13,413 nucleotides of DNA from an uncultured bacterium (GTDB lineage: Bacteria > Nitrospirota > Thermodesulfovibrionia > Thermodesulfovibrionales > JdFR-86). The stretch spans positions 1 through 13,413 of the forward strand of contig CBDVCR010000084.1 in the NCBI GenBank assembly GCA_965372535.1. The letters run 5' to 3'. Positions 4,505 to 12,550 of the stretch are shown piece by piece (positions within the stretch are counted from its first letter, which is position 1; every line of letters begins with the position of its first letter). The position numbers and the translations under genes were made by a program. The notes below the pieces were generated by a model. The model searched no databases. It worked only from the letters and a program-made list of their open reading frames with translations, and was not told the origin of the DNA.

Positions 4505-6737
4505 ACACAGCGTTAAAACGGGCGTCTTCGCCCTGCTTGCCCTCACGATGTTCCTGGTGCTGGCGGTCAGGCTTTTCGATCTCCAGGTGCTTGAGGGCGG
4601 GGGGTATGAACGGCTCTCCATGGAAAACCGCCTGCGCATGGAAATGGTCCCCTCCCCGAGGGGCATCATATTCGACAGAAACGGCGAGCCACTGGTAAAA
4701 AACGCCCCTTTCTTCTCCATCGCCCTTCAGCAGGAGATGCTCGGCAAGGCGGACATCCCGGCAATTGCCGAATACCTTTCCATGGACTCCGGGGAGATTT
4801 ACGACAGGATAAGGAACGAGAAAAACCCTTTCTCGCCCGTCAAGCTCAAGGAAGGCCTCAGCTTCGAGGAAGTCGCCAGAGCCGAGGCGAGGCTTTCGGA
4901 CTACCCCGGCCTCGCCATACACGTGGAGCAGACGAGGCACTACCCCTACGGAGAGACGGGCGCCCACCTGGTGGGCTACCTCGGAAGGCTGACCCCCCGG
5001 CAGCTAAAGCGCGCGAACTTCAAGGGAGTCCCCCGCCAGGCATTCATAGGCCAGTGGGGGGTGGAGAAGCTCTTCGACGGCTTCCTCAGGGGGAAGCCGG
5101 GCAGCAGGGCGATTGAGGCCGACGCCCTGGGCAGGCGGCTGAGGCTTATCAAGGAGGTGCCCCCGGAGCATGGAAACGACCTCTACCTGAGCATCGACAT
5201 AAACCTCCAGAGGGCCGCCGAGGAGGCATTCGGCGACCGCGTGGGAGCGCTTGTGGCGCTCAGGCCCGGAACCGGCGAGGTCCTGGCCCTCGCAAGCAGG
5301 CCCTCCTTCGACCCGAACCTCTTCTCCAGGGGGATACACTACGAACACTGGCTGCTGCTTTCGCAGGACAAGAGGTACCCCCTGCTTAACCGGGCGCTCC
5401 AGAGCCAGTATCCGCCCGGCTCCACCTTCAAGATAATCACCGCCATAGCGGCGCTCGAAGAGGAGGCCGTAACCCCGGGGACCAGATCAAGGTGCACCGG
5501 GAGGTTGAGAAAGGGCAGGTGGAACTTCGGGTGCTGGAAGTCCGGGGGCCACGGCGCCCTGTCGCTTTACGGGGCCATCGTGGAGTCGTGCGACGTGTAT
5601 TTTTACCGGGCAGGCGAGGCCGCGGGCATCGACAACATCGCCAAATACGCAAGGCGGTTCGGCTTTGGGTCCGCGAGCGGCCTCGGCCTGGTCAGGGAAA
5701 AAAAGGGACTCATCCCGGACACGGAATGGAAACAGAGGGTGAAGAACGAACCCTGGTTTCCGGGCGAGACCTATAACGCGGCCATCGGCCAGGGATTCGT
5801 GCTTGCCACGCCGGTGCAGCTTGCCCGGATGACAGCGGCCGTTGCAAACGGCGGCTACCTCCCCGAACTCAGGCTCACGCGCGTTGAGGAGGAGCCCGGG
5901 CCACCCTCGAAAATCGAGGTGGGCGGGGAGACGCTGAAAAAGATAAAGAAGGCCATGCGCGTTGAAGAGGAGCCCGGGCCACCCTCGAAAATCGAGGTGA
6001 GCGGGGAGACGCTGGAAAGGATAAAGAGGGCCATGCGGGGAGTGGTGGCCGACAAAAAGGGCACGGCCCACTGGACGGCGAAATCCGGAACCGTCGAAAT
6101 CGCCGGAAAAACAGGCACTGCACAGGTAATCTCCCTCGATAAAAACCGGAGGAAAGCGAAGGACACGCCCTATGAGTTCAGGGACCATGCATGGTTCGTG
6201 GCCTTCGCCCCGGTGGAAGAGCCTGAAATAGCCGTGGCGGTCTTTGTCGAGCACGGCGGCCACGGCAGTTCGGCAGCGGCCCCCATCGCAAAAAAGGCCA
6301 TAGAGACGTATATGGAGAGCCTGAAAGCCCGAACCCTTCCGCTCGAACCGGCTGAGCTTAAACCGGAGACCGCCGTGAAAAAACCCGGGCCCGTCAGGCT
6401 TAAACCCGCAACCACCAAGCGGAAACCCGAACCGGTTGTGAAAAAGCCCGAACCCGCCGAGGTGAGGCCCGAACCCGTTGAATTAAAGCCCGAACCGGTT
6501 GAGCTTAAACCCGAACCGGTTGAGCTTAAACCCGAACCGGTTGAGCTTAAACCCGAACCCGTTGAATTAAAACCCGAACCCGTTGAATTAAAACTCGAAC
6601 CCGTTGAATTAAAACCCGAACCCGCCGAGTTGAAGCCCGAACCGGTTGAGGTGAAGCCGGAGCCTGCCGGGCCGGAACCCGAAGCAGGGGAGGGGACACT
6701 GACGGCGCCGGATGAGGATGCCTTGGATGAGGATTGA
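4494..6737 (+). CDS. mrdA: Penicillin-binding protein 2 (elongasome class B transpeptidase) with internal duplication and repetitive C-terminal tail, 747 aa
   Basis: N-terminal TM anchor and pedestal domain. Catalytic motifs: STFK (5421-5432), SCD (SxN/D type, 5586-5594), KTG (6108-6116). Located between mreD and rodA. Overlaps mreD by 11 nt. Confidence 0.94.
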   Translation: MRTEHSVKTGVFALLALTMFLVLAVRLFDLQVLEGGGYERLSMENRLRMEMVPSPRGIIFDRNGEPLVKNAPFFSIALQQEMLGKADIPAIAEYLSMDSGEIYDRIRNEKNPFSPVKLKEGLSFEEVARAEARLSDYPGLAIHVEQTRHYPYGETGAHLVGYLGRLTPRQLKRANFKGVPRQAFIGQWGVEKLFDGFLRGKPGSRAIEADALGRRLRLIKEVPPEHGNDLYLSIDINLQRAAEEAFGDRVGALVALRPGTGEVLALASRPSFDPNLFSRGIHYEHWLLLSQDKRYPLLNRALQSQYPPGSTFKIITAIAALEEEAVTPGTRSRCTGRLRKGRWNFGCWKSGGHGALSLYGAIVESCDVYFYRAGEAAGIDNIAKYARRFGFGSASGLGLVREKKGLIPDTEWKQRVKNEPWFPGETYNAAIGQGFVLATPVQLARMTAAVANGGYLPELRLTRVEEEPGPPSKIEVGGETLKKIKKAMRVEEEPGPPSKIEVSGETLERIKRAMRGVVADKKGTAHWTAKSGTVEIAGKTGTAQVISLDKNRRKAKDTPYEFRDHAWFVAFAPVEEPEIAVAVFVEHGGHGSSAAAPIAKKAIETYMESLKARTLPLEPAELKPETAVKKPGPVRLKPATTKRKPEPVVKKPEPAEVRPEPVELKPEPVELKPEPVELKPEPVELKPEPVELKPEPVELKLEPVELKPEPAELKPEPVEVKPEPAGPEPEAGEGTLTAPDEDALDED
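5880..6035 (+). repeat. In-frame tandem duplication, 2 x 78 nt (2 x 26 codons), inside the PBP2 transpeptidase domain
   Basis: 5880-5957 encodes RVEEEPGPPSKIEVGGETLKKIKKAM. 5958-6035 encodes RVEEEPGPPSKIEVSGETLERIKRAM. 73/78 nt are identical by direct alignment. Confidence 0.95.
6342..6677 (+). repeat. 16 head-to-tail 21-nt units (heptad P-E-P-V-E-L-K type) encoding the PBP2 C-terminal tail
   Basis: Units start at 6342 + 21n. Units 7-12 all encode PEPVELK, using two DNA versions: cccgaacccgttgaattaaaR and cccgaaccggttgagcttaaa. The flanking units are degenerate. Confidence 0.95.
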
Positions 6738-7845
6738 CCGCAGGCTTGCCGCAAACTTCGACTGGGTGGTCTTCGGCGCCGTGCTGGCGCTTTCGCTTAC
6801 GGGCATAATGACCATTTACAGCGCCACCCGCCCTCTTCCGGGCGGGGTACAGCCGCAGTATTACATAAAGCAGACGTACTGGCTGCTCATCGGGCTGTTG
6901 TCGATGCTCGGGGCTTTCAGCGTGGACTACGCCTGGTTTAACAGGCACGCAAGGCTTATCTACGGCATATGCCTCGGCCTGCTCGTCCTGGTGCTCATAA
7001 CGGGCAGGACCGGCATGGGGGCGCAAAGGTGGATATACCTGGGGCCGATAGGGTTTCAGCCCAGCGAGTTTTTCAAGCTCGCCCTCATTATCGCGCTCGC
7101 CTACTGTTTCAGCCGCCACGCCGGCAGTCTCGGCTTCGGCGGCATATCCTTTGCTTTTTCGGTCTACGCCCTGCCGCCCCTGCTTCTGCTCCTTAAGCAG
7201 CCGGACCTTGGCACCGGCATGGTCCTCATGGCCCTTTTCGTCCTTGTCGCGCTGGCCAAGGGGATAAGGAAAAAGGTCATCGCCCTCGTGGTGGCCGTCT
7301 CGGTCGCGGCAGCGCCCTTTGCGGGCGCCATCGCCTGGGACAGGCTCAAGGATTACCAGAAAGAACGCATCCTGGCCTTCCTCCAGCCGGAGAAAGACCC
7401 CGGGGGCATGGGCTACCACATAACCCAGTCCAAGGTCGCGGTGGGCTCCGGCAGGGTGGCGGGCAAGGGCTACCTCAGGGGCACCCAGGGGCCTTTCAGG
7501 TTCCTGCCGGAGAAGCACACTGACTTCATCTTTTCCATATTCGCCGAGGAATGGGGGTTCATCGGGAGCCTTTTCCTGCTCCTTTGCTACCTGCTGCTCA
7601 TCCTCCGGGGCGTGCATATAGCGTTTCTTGCCAAGGACGAGTTCGGCCGCCTGCTGGCCCTCGGGATTACGTCCATGTTCGCGGTATACTGGTTCGTAAA
7701 CATCGGCATGACCCTCGGGGTAATGCCCGTGGTGGGCCTGCCCCTTCCGTTCATGAGCTACGGCGGCACGGCCATGGTCAGCAACTTTATCGCCGCCGGC
7801 ATCCTGATGGGCATCCGCGCCCGCAGGTTCGAGCTGTTTTATTAG
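6727..7845 (+). CDS. rodA: Peptidoglycan glycosyltransferase RodA (SEDS family), 372 aa
   Basis: Polytopic membrane protein with FtsW/RodA/SpoVE hallmarks: QPSEFFKL, LKQPDLGT, GYxxxQS (GYHITQSKVAVGSG), LPEKHTDFIFS, GLPLPFMSYGG. ATG 6727 is preceded by GAGGA (6715-6719). In-frame ATGs at 6712 and 6718 are alternatives. Overlaps mrdA by 11 nt. Confidence 0.92.
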   Translation: MRIDRRLAANFDWVVFGAVLALSLTGIMTIYSATRPLPGGVQPQYYIKQTYWLLIGLLSMLGAFSVDYAWFNRHARLIYGICLGLLVLVLITGRTGMGAQRWIYLGPIGFQPSEFFKLALIIALAYCFSRHAGSLGFGGISFAFSVYALPPLLLLLKQPDLGTGMVLMALFVLVALAKGIRKKVIALVVAVSVAAAPFAGAIAWDRLKDYQKERILAFLQPEKDPGGMGYHITQSKVAVGSGRVAGKGYLRGTQGPFRFLPEKHTDFIFSIFAEEWGFIGSLFLLLCYLLLILRGVHIAFLAKDEFGRLLALGITSMFAVYWFVNIGMTLGVMPVVGLPLPFMSYGGTAMVSNFIAAGILMGIRARRFELFY

Positions 7846-7846
7846 C

Positions 7847-7878
7847 GCCCCGTGAAAAGACGCTTTTCGGCGCGGGGC
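7847..7878. terminator. Composite hairpin between convergent rodA and rpoD (candidate bidirectional terminator)
   Basis: Inner stem GAAAAG (7854-7859) / CTTTTC (7863-7868) with a 3-nt loop. Outer stem GCCCCG (7847-7852) / CGGGGC (7873-7878). The outer arm reaches into the rpoD stop codon (7878-7880), and the 32-nt spacer holds nothing else. Confidence 0.45.
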
Positions 7879-9386
7879 TAATGCCTTTCGAGGAAGCCCT
7901 TCAGCCACCTGCTCCGCGAGGGGTGCTTGAGTTTCCTCAGGGCCTTGACCTCTATCTGCCTTATGCGCTCGCGGGTGACGGCAAACTCCTGGCCTATTTC
8001 CTCGAGGGTGTGGGGCATGTCGGTGCCGATGCCGAAGCGGCTCCTCAGAATGCGCTCCTCCTTGGGGCTCAGGGTCAGGAGCGCCCTGTTGACCTGGAAT
8101 TTGAGGTCGTCCTGTATGGCGGAGTCCAGGGGCGAGGCGGTGGTCCTGTCCTCGATGAAGTCCCCAAGGGAGCTGTCCTCTTCCTCTCCCACCGGGGTCT
8201 CCAGCGATATGGGCTCCTTGGAAATCCTCTGTATCGCCTTTACCTTATCAAGGGGCATCCTGAGCCTCTCGGCCAGCTCCTCGGGGGAGGGCTCGTGCCC
8301 GAGCTGCTGCACTATCTCGCGCGTGGTGCGCACCAGCCTGTTGATGGTCTCCACCATGTGCACCGGTATCCTGATGGTCCGGGACTGGTCGGCCAGCGCC
8401 CTGGTGATGGCCTGCCTTATCCACCAGGTGGCGTAGGTGCTGAACTTGTAGCCCCGGGAGTACTCGAACTTGTCCACGGCCCGCATGAGGCCGATGTTTC
8501 CCTCCTGTATGAGGTCGGGAAGGCTCATGCCCTTGCCCATGTGCCGCTTGGCGATGCTTATGACAAGCCTGAGGTTGGCCTCGGTAAGCTCCCGCTTGGC
8601 CTCAAGCAGGCTCTCCTCCTCCCGCAGGATGCGGCCGAGCACTCCGGTCATTTCCTCCGCCGGCACGCCGAGGAGGGCTGAGACGCACTCAAGCCCGCCT
8701 TTCCACGCCAGGTAGTCCTCGCAGAGCTTTATCACCCCGGGGGGCTTTTTGCCCCCGGGCGGCGCCTTCAGCCTGTCGACCCGGATGCGGTGGGCCTTGA
8801 GTTCCTTGTTCGCCTCTTTGAGCTTCGAGGCAAGCTCCCGGGCCTCCAGCAAGTGCTTCTTTATCTCGCCGGAGAAGGCTGTGACCACTTCCTCTCTCAG
8901 GGAAAGCCCGGATATCAGGCCGACCATATGCTCGCGGGTTTCCCCGAAGCGCCTGAGCGTGGGCTTGCCGGCCGAGCCGGAGCGTATTTTGTCCTCGTAT
9001 TTGCGGAGACTGGCGAAGGCCTTCTCCATATCGAGCGTAACGGCGTAAAAGCTCTCCCTCTCGGCGTTGACCTCCTCCGGCAGGATGTCCTCGCCGTTTT
9101 GGAGTATGTCCGCGATGGGCGCCGCGCCGCGCTCTACTTCCCTGCCCAGGGCAACGAACTTTTCCATGGTGTAGGGCAGCAGGAAGACCTCTTCCACCAG
9201 TTTCTTCCTGCCGGCCTCTATCTTCCTGGCCACTGCCACCTCGCCCTCCTTGGTCAGGAGGGTCTTGTTGGCCATCTCCCTCAGGTAGACCTTGACCGGC
9301 TCGAACTCACCCTCCGAGACGGAAGGCTTCTCCTCCGGAGCCCCCTCTATTTTCTCCTCGTGTTCGTCTTCGTATCCTCTCATCAT
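7878..9386 (-). CDS. rpoD: Primary RNA polymerase sigma factor (sigma70/RpoD), 502 aa
   Basis: Region 1.2 ([20 protein letters not shown]), region 2 ([40 protein letters not shown]), region 3 ([13 protein letters not shown]), region 4.2 ([30 protein letters not shown]). The ATG overlaps the dnaG stop (ATGA, 9383-9386). Confidence 0.96.
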   Translation of the reverse strand: MMRGYEDEHEEKIEGAPEEKPSVSEGEFEPVKVYLREMANKTLLTKEGEVAVARKIEAGRKKLVEEVFLLPYTMEKFVALGREVERGAAPIADILQNGEDILPEEVNAERESFYAVTLDMEKAFASLRKYEDKIRSGSAGKPTLRRFGETREHMVGLISGLSLREEVVTAFSGEIKKHLLEARELASKLKEANKELKAHRIRVDRLKAPPGGKKPPGVIKLCEDYLAWKGGLECVSALLGVPAEEMTGVLGRILREEESLLEAKRELTEANLRLVISIAKRHMGKGMSLPDLIQEGNIGLMRAVDKFEYSRGYKFSTYATWWIRQAITRALADQSRTIRIPVHMVETINRLVRTTREIVQQLGHEPSPEELAERLRMPLDKVKAIQRISKEPISLETPVGEEEDSSLGDFIEDRTTASPLDSAIQDDLKFQVNRALLTLSPKEERILRSRFGIGTDMPHTLEEIGQEFAVTRERIRQIEVKALRKLKHPSRSRWLKGFLERH

Positions 9387-11047
9387 GTCCTCTGTATGAG
9401 TTTATGTCTTTCAGAATACAGCCGGGCCAGCAGCCTGAGGTCCCCGGCGTTTTGGGCGGACTGAATTTTCTCGTTCAGATGCCGCGTGTTTATCTTGAGC
9501 ACGCAGTCGTCGATGTTTTGCTCGATAAGCGATAAATCAAAGCCCGGCTCCAGAGAGAGCCTTGAGACGAGCGCCCTCTCCTCGTCGTTTTCCGCGATGT
9601 CCGTCGCCGGGCCGGAGGGCGGCGCGGCAAGGAGTTTTTCGAGGAGCCCCCTGACAAGGGCGTTCCTTATGTCTTCACGCGCTATGCGCTCGAATATCTC
9701 CCCGGTCTTCTCCGGCCTGCAAAGGGCCGCGCTCAAGAGCAGGACTTCCTCGTTACAGGGGAGCGGCCTGCCGCCTCCCGCTTTTAAGGGCGCGGAGAAG
9801 GCGCCCGTTTTTTTGAACCTGTTAAGCTCCTCCCTTATGGTAAGCTCCCTCGTCCCGGACGCCTCCGACAACTCAAGAAGCAGCTCGTCCCTCAGGAGCG
9901 GGTCGCCCACCCTGGCGATAAGGGCCACCGCCTCCCTGACGCTTTCGGCCCGCCCCGCCCCGGGTATTGCCAGTATGAACTCCACCGGGGAGCTTGCCCC
10001 AGCCATCAGTTTTCTCATGTGTTCCGCCCCCTCGCCCCTGAGGACGCTGTCGGGGTCCTCCCCATCGGGAAGCGCCAGCACCTTGCCCCTCAGGCCGTTT
10101 TCGAGCACGAGCGCAAGCGACCTCCTGGCAGCCGAAACGCCCGCAGCGTCGCCGTCGAAGACGAGCAGGACGTTTTCCGCAAGCACCGCGAGTTTCCTCA
10201 ACTGGCCCCCGGTAAGCGCGGTCCCCAGCGGGGCGACGGTGTTCGTGATGCCGTGCTGGTGGCACATTATGGCGTCCATGTATCCCTCCACCACAACCGC
10301 GTACCCCTTTTTTCTTATCTCTTCCCGCGCAGGGCCGAGGGCGTAGAGGGTCTCGCCTTTTTTAAAGAGCATGGTGTCGGGGGAGTTCAGGTACTTGGGC
10401 ATGCCGTCGCCCATGACCCTGCCGCCGAAGGCTATAGGCTCGCCGTGGACGTCGAGTATGGGGAATATCACCCTGTCTCTGAAGACATCATAGGCCCCCC
10501 GGTCGCCCCTGGCCGCAAGCCCCGCCTTAATGAGAACGTCCTCTCCGTGTCCCCCGCCCTTGAGCCGGTTAAGGAGCGTGTGCCAGCCGGGAGGGGCGTA
10601 GCCCAGCGAGAACGCCTTTACCGATTCCCCGGCAATCCCCCTGTTTTTGAGATACTCCCTTGCGCCCGCGTCCCTTGCGAGGCTTTCCTTCCAGAAGGCG
10701 AGGGCCTCGGCCTGCACCGCCTTGAGCTTCTCCCTCAACCCCCGCTCAGCCGGGTCCCGTTGCTTCAGCTCCACCCCCGCGCGCCTGGCGAGCATCTCAA
10801 GGGCATCGCGGAACTCCAGGTTTTCGCGCCGCATGAGGAACCCGAAGACATCGCCCCCCGCGCCGCAGCCGAAACAGTGGAATATCTGCTTTTCGTGGCT
10901 TACCATGAACGAAGGCGTCTTCTCCGCGTGGAATGGGCACAACCCCTTATGGTTGCGCCCCGCCCGCTTAAGCGGCACGTACTCGGATATCAGTTCAACG
11001 ATATCCAGCCTGCTCCTTATCTCCTCAACGGCGCCGTCGGAAACCAT
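9383..11047 (-). CDS. dnaG: DNA primase DnaG, about 554 aa
   Basis: CHC2 zinc finger ([30 protein letters not shown]), RNA polymerase core, and TOPRIM ([10 protein letters not shown]...LVFDGDAAG). The ORF opens at GTG 11053. ATG 11047, two codons in ([17 protein letters not shown]...), is taken as the start. The choice is uncertain. Confidence 0.93.
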   Translation of the reverse strand: MVSDGAVEEIRSRLDIVELISEYVPLKRAGRNHKGLCPFHAEKTPSFMVSHEKQIFHCFGCGAGGDVFGFLMRRENLEFRDALEMLARRAGVELKQRDPAERGLREKLKAVQAEALAFWKESLARDAGAREYLKNRGIAGESVKAFSLGYAPPGWHTLLNRLKGGGHGEDVLIKAGLAARGDRGAYDVFRDRVIFPILDVHGEPIAFGGRVMGDGMPKYLNSPDTMLFKKGETLYALGPAREEIRKKGYAVVVEGYMDAIMCHQHGITNTVAPLGTALTGGQLRKLAVLAENVLLVFDGDAAGVSAARRSLALVLENGLRGKVLALPDGEDPDSVLRGEGAEHMRKLMAGASSPVEFILAIPGAGRAESVREAVALIARVGDPLLRDELLLELSEASGTRELTIREELNRFKKTGAFSAPLKAGGGRPLPCNEEVLLLSAALCRPEKTGEIFERIAREDIRNALVRGLLEKLLAAPPSGPATDIAENDEERALVSRLSLEPGFDLSLIEQNIDDCVLKINTRHLNEKIQSAQNAGDLRLLARLYSERHKLIQRT

Positions 11048-11073
11048 AAACACCCGGAATCAAGTTTGGATTG

Positions 11074-11102
11074 ATTATAAATTAAAACCGCTTAAAATAT
11101 AC
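11074..11102 (-). promoter_or_regulatory. Candidate internal promoter for dnaG-rpoD
   Basis: Perfect TATAAT on the minus strand (11079->11074), in the only AT-rich patch between the NIF3-like stop and the dnaG start. The -35 is poor (GTATAT at 17 nt). Confidence 0.25.
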
Positions 11103-11134
11103 ATCCGGTCCTGACGCGGCCCTGCCGGGGCCTG

Positions 11135-12091
11135 TTACTTCCTGCTTACCCTGTGGAACCCGGAGCACTCCATGAACTTTACGGGGGAGTCCTTCGTGAT
11201 TTCATCGAGCAGGAGGTTGATGCCGAGGTTGTCGCTTGAGATGTGTCCCGCGATGACCATGTTGAGGTGGTGTTTCTCCGCTTCCTTGCGGTGGTCATCG
11301 CTGAAGTGCATGCCGACGATGGTGTTGATGCCGCTCTGGGAGACGCTGGCGAAGATGTCCTTTGAGCCCTCGGTGCCGCCGGTCATGTCCACGTAGACCT
11401 TGCCGGCCTTCCTCTTTTTGCCGCCGAGAATCACCGTGGGGCCCGCGCCCTGTACCGCCGCGTGCCGGTACTCGGGTATCTCCCTGAGGATGTCGAGGAT
11501 GTCGCTTAGGGCGCCGGGCTGTTTCTCGTCGAACAGCCTCTGCAGGTGGGAGGCCACCATGTTGTCCGCCGGGGTGTGGAGGTTCATCATGGGGATGCCC
11601 AGGAGCCGCGCGGCGTCCACGGCACGAGAGTGGTTTGCCGGCAGGAGCTTTCTCTGCACGTCGGAGACGCGCTTTTCCATGAGGGCCTCGGCCGTGCTTA
11701 TGGAGACGCCGAAACGGTGGAGTATGTCGGCCTGCATGTACATGACCTCGTAGAGCCTTGCGTAGGCCCGTCCCTCCGGGTGGTGGGCTATCAGGAGGTC
11801 TATGCCCTCGCCCTTTTCCCTCAGGGCGTTGGCCAGGAGGATTTCGCCCACTTCTATGTCAATGCCCACCAGGGCGCTTCCCACCTCCTCATGGCCCGCG
11901 CCGTTAAGTATCCTTGAGTCGGAATAAGGGTTTTCGAGGGCCTCGCGGTCGAAAAACTCCTTTTCGTCGCCCTTGAGTTCGTCGAAATCCTTTTTGCGCT
12001 CCTCAAGGGCCTTGAGCACCGCGTCCTTCCCCCTCGGGTCGTTCTCGATGCCCGTCTCGATGGCCTTCCTGTAAAGTTCTCCGAGCTTCAT
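11135..12091 (-). CDS. NIF3-like (DUF34/YbgI-YqfO family) dinuclear-metal-centre protein, 318 aa
   Basis: Family signatures read by eye: DLLIAHHPEG (HHP), NLHTPADN (HTxxD), IAGHISSDNLG. SD GGAGG sits 5 nt before ATG 12091. Confidence 0.75.
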   Translation of the reverse strand: MKLGELYRKAIETGIENDPRGKDAVLKALEERKKDFDELKGDEKEFFDREALENPYSDSRILNGAGHEEVGSALVGIDIEVGEILLANALREKGEGIDLLIAHHPEGRAYARLYEVMYMQADILHRFGVSISTAEALMEKRVSDVQRKLLPANHSRAVDAARLLGIPMMNLHTPADNMVASHLQRLFDEKQPGALSDILDILREIPEYRHAAVQGAGPTVILGGKKRKAGKVYVDMTGGTEGSKDIFASVSQSGINTIVGMHFSDDHRKEAEKHHLNMVIAGHISSDNLGINLLLDEITKDSPVKFMECSGFHRVSRK

Positions 12092-12132
12092 CGCGCCTCC
12101 GCCCCGGTCATGGGTTTAAACTCCGTAGGGGG

Positions 12133-12157
12133 AAAATCCGCCCCGCCCGCGGACGGA
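12133..12157 (-). terminator. Candidate intrinsic terminator/attenuator between rpsU and the NIF3-like gene
   Basis: Minus-strand RNA: UCCGUCC-GCGGGCG-GGGCGGA (7-bp stem including one G.U pair, 7-nt loop), followed by UUUU (plus-strand AAAA 12133-12136). It lies about 90 nt after the rpsU stop. Confidence 0.35.
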
Positions 12158-12247
12158 CATGTCACCTGTCCGCTGTTTGTCGAGTCTTCAATGCTGTCGC
12201 CGATATGTAATGGACGGCCAGGCGGACTTCCGCCCCCCGAGAGGAGG

Positions 12248-12442
12248 CTATCTCTGCCTTGCCGCATGCTTGAGCTTTTTCTTTCGTGCTGTTTCGGACT
12301 TTTTTTTCCTTTTTATGCTCGGCTTTTCGAAATACTTCCGTTTCTTAATCTCGGAGATAATGCCCGCCTGGGCGCACTGCCTTTTGAACTTCTTGAGCGC
12401 CGCCTCCAGAGGCTCGCCCTCGCCTATTCTTACCTCGGGCAT
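12248..12442 (-). CDS. rpsU: 30S ribosomal protein S21, 64 aa
   Basis: [55 protein letters not shown]... is a typical S21. The start is at M35 of the track ORF (ATG 12442-12440), preceded by GAGAGGAG. Confidence 0.94.
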   Translation of the reverse strand: MPEVRIGEGEPLEAALKKFKRQCAQAGIISEIKKRKYFEKPSIKRKKKSETARKKKLKHAARQR

Positions 12443-12491
12443 ACATTTTTCAACTCCTCTCTCAAGGGAAGTAAACCATGCCCAATTTTTA

Positions 12492-12520
12492 AGAGTACCA
12501 ACAATGGAAATTCCTGTCAA
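12492..12520 (-). promoter_or_regulatory. Candidate rpsU promoter
   Basis: On the minus strand: perfect TTGACA (12520->12515), a 17-nt spacer, then TACTCT (12497->12492). This gives a leader of roughly 45 nt to the rpsU ATG. Confidence 0.5.
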
Positions 12521-12550
12521 GGCCCGGCCGCTTTTTGCCCGCATCCGTTC

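Noticed and set aside
6342-6677. 21-nt tandem repeats considered as a CRISPR-like or non-coding satellite array.
   Set aside because: The units are contiguous with no spacers, are exact multiples of 3, are in frame with mrdA, and keep the amino-acid sequence conserved. This is a coding heptad repeat.
6170-6754. Minus-strand ORF with STGSGFN/STGSGLS repeats.
   Set aside because: It is simply the reverse-complement reading of the PBP2 PEPVELK array. The synonymous-only differences between unit versions hold in the plus frame, supporting the plus strand as the coding strand.
6547-7908. 453-aa minus-strand ORF antisense to rodA. Similar long antisense ORFs occur at 7551-8681 (+), 10019-11074 (+), 3264-4091 (-) and 2266-2922 (-).
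   Set aside because: These are typical stop-poor shadow frames of high-GC genes. The translations are Arg/Gly/Pro/His-rich and low-complexity, and each is fully overlapped by a confidently identified gene on the other strand.
12088-12111. 7-codon minus-strand uORF (ATG ACC GGG GCG GAG GCG CGA TGA) whose stop overlaps the NIF3-like ATG (ATGA).
   Set aside because: It is too short to evaluate, it has no SD of its own, and its sequence is essentially the SD region of the downstream gene. It is likely coincidental.
12521-12537. Plus-strand GGCCCGGCCGCTTTTT, a terminator-like GC segment followed by a T-run.
   Set aside because: No convincing stem can be drawn, and there is no plus-strand gene to terminate here. 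The segment lies just upstream of the minus-strand rpsU -35 box.
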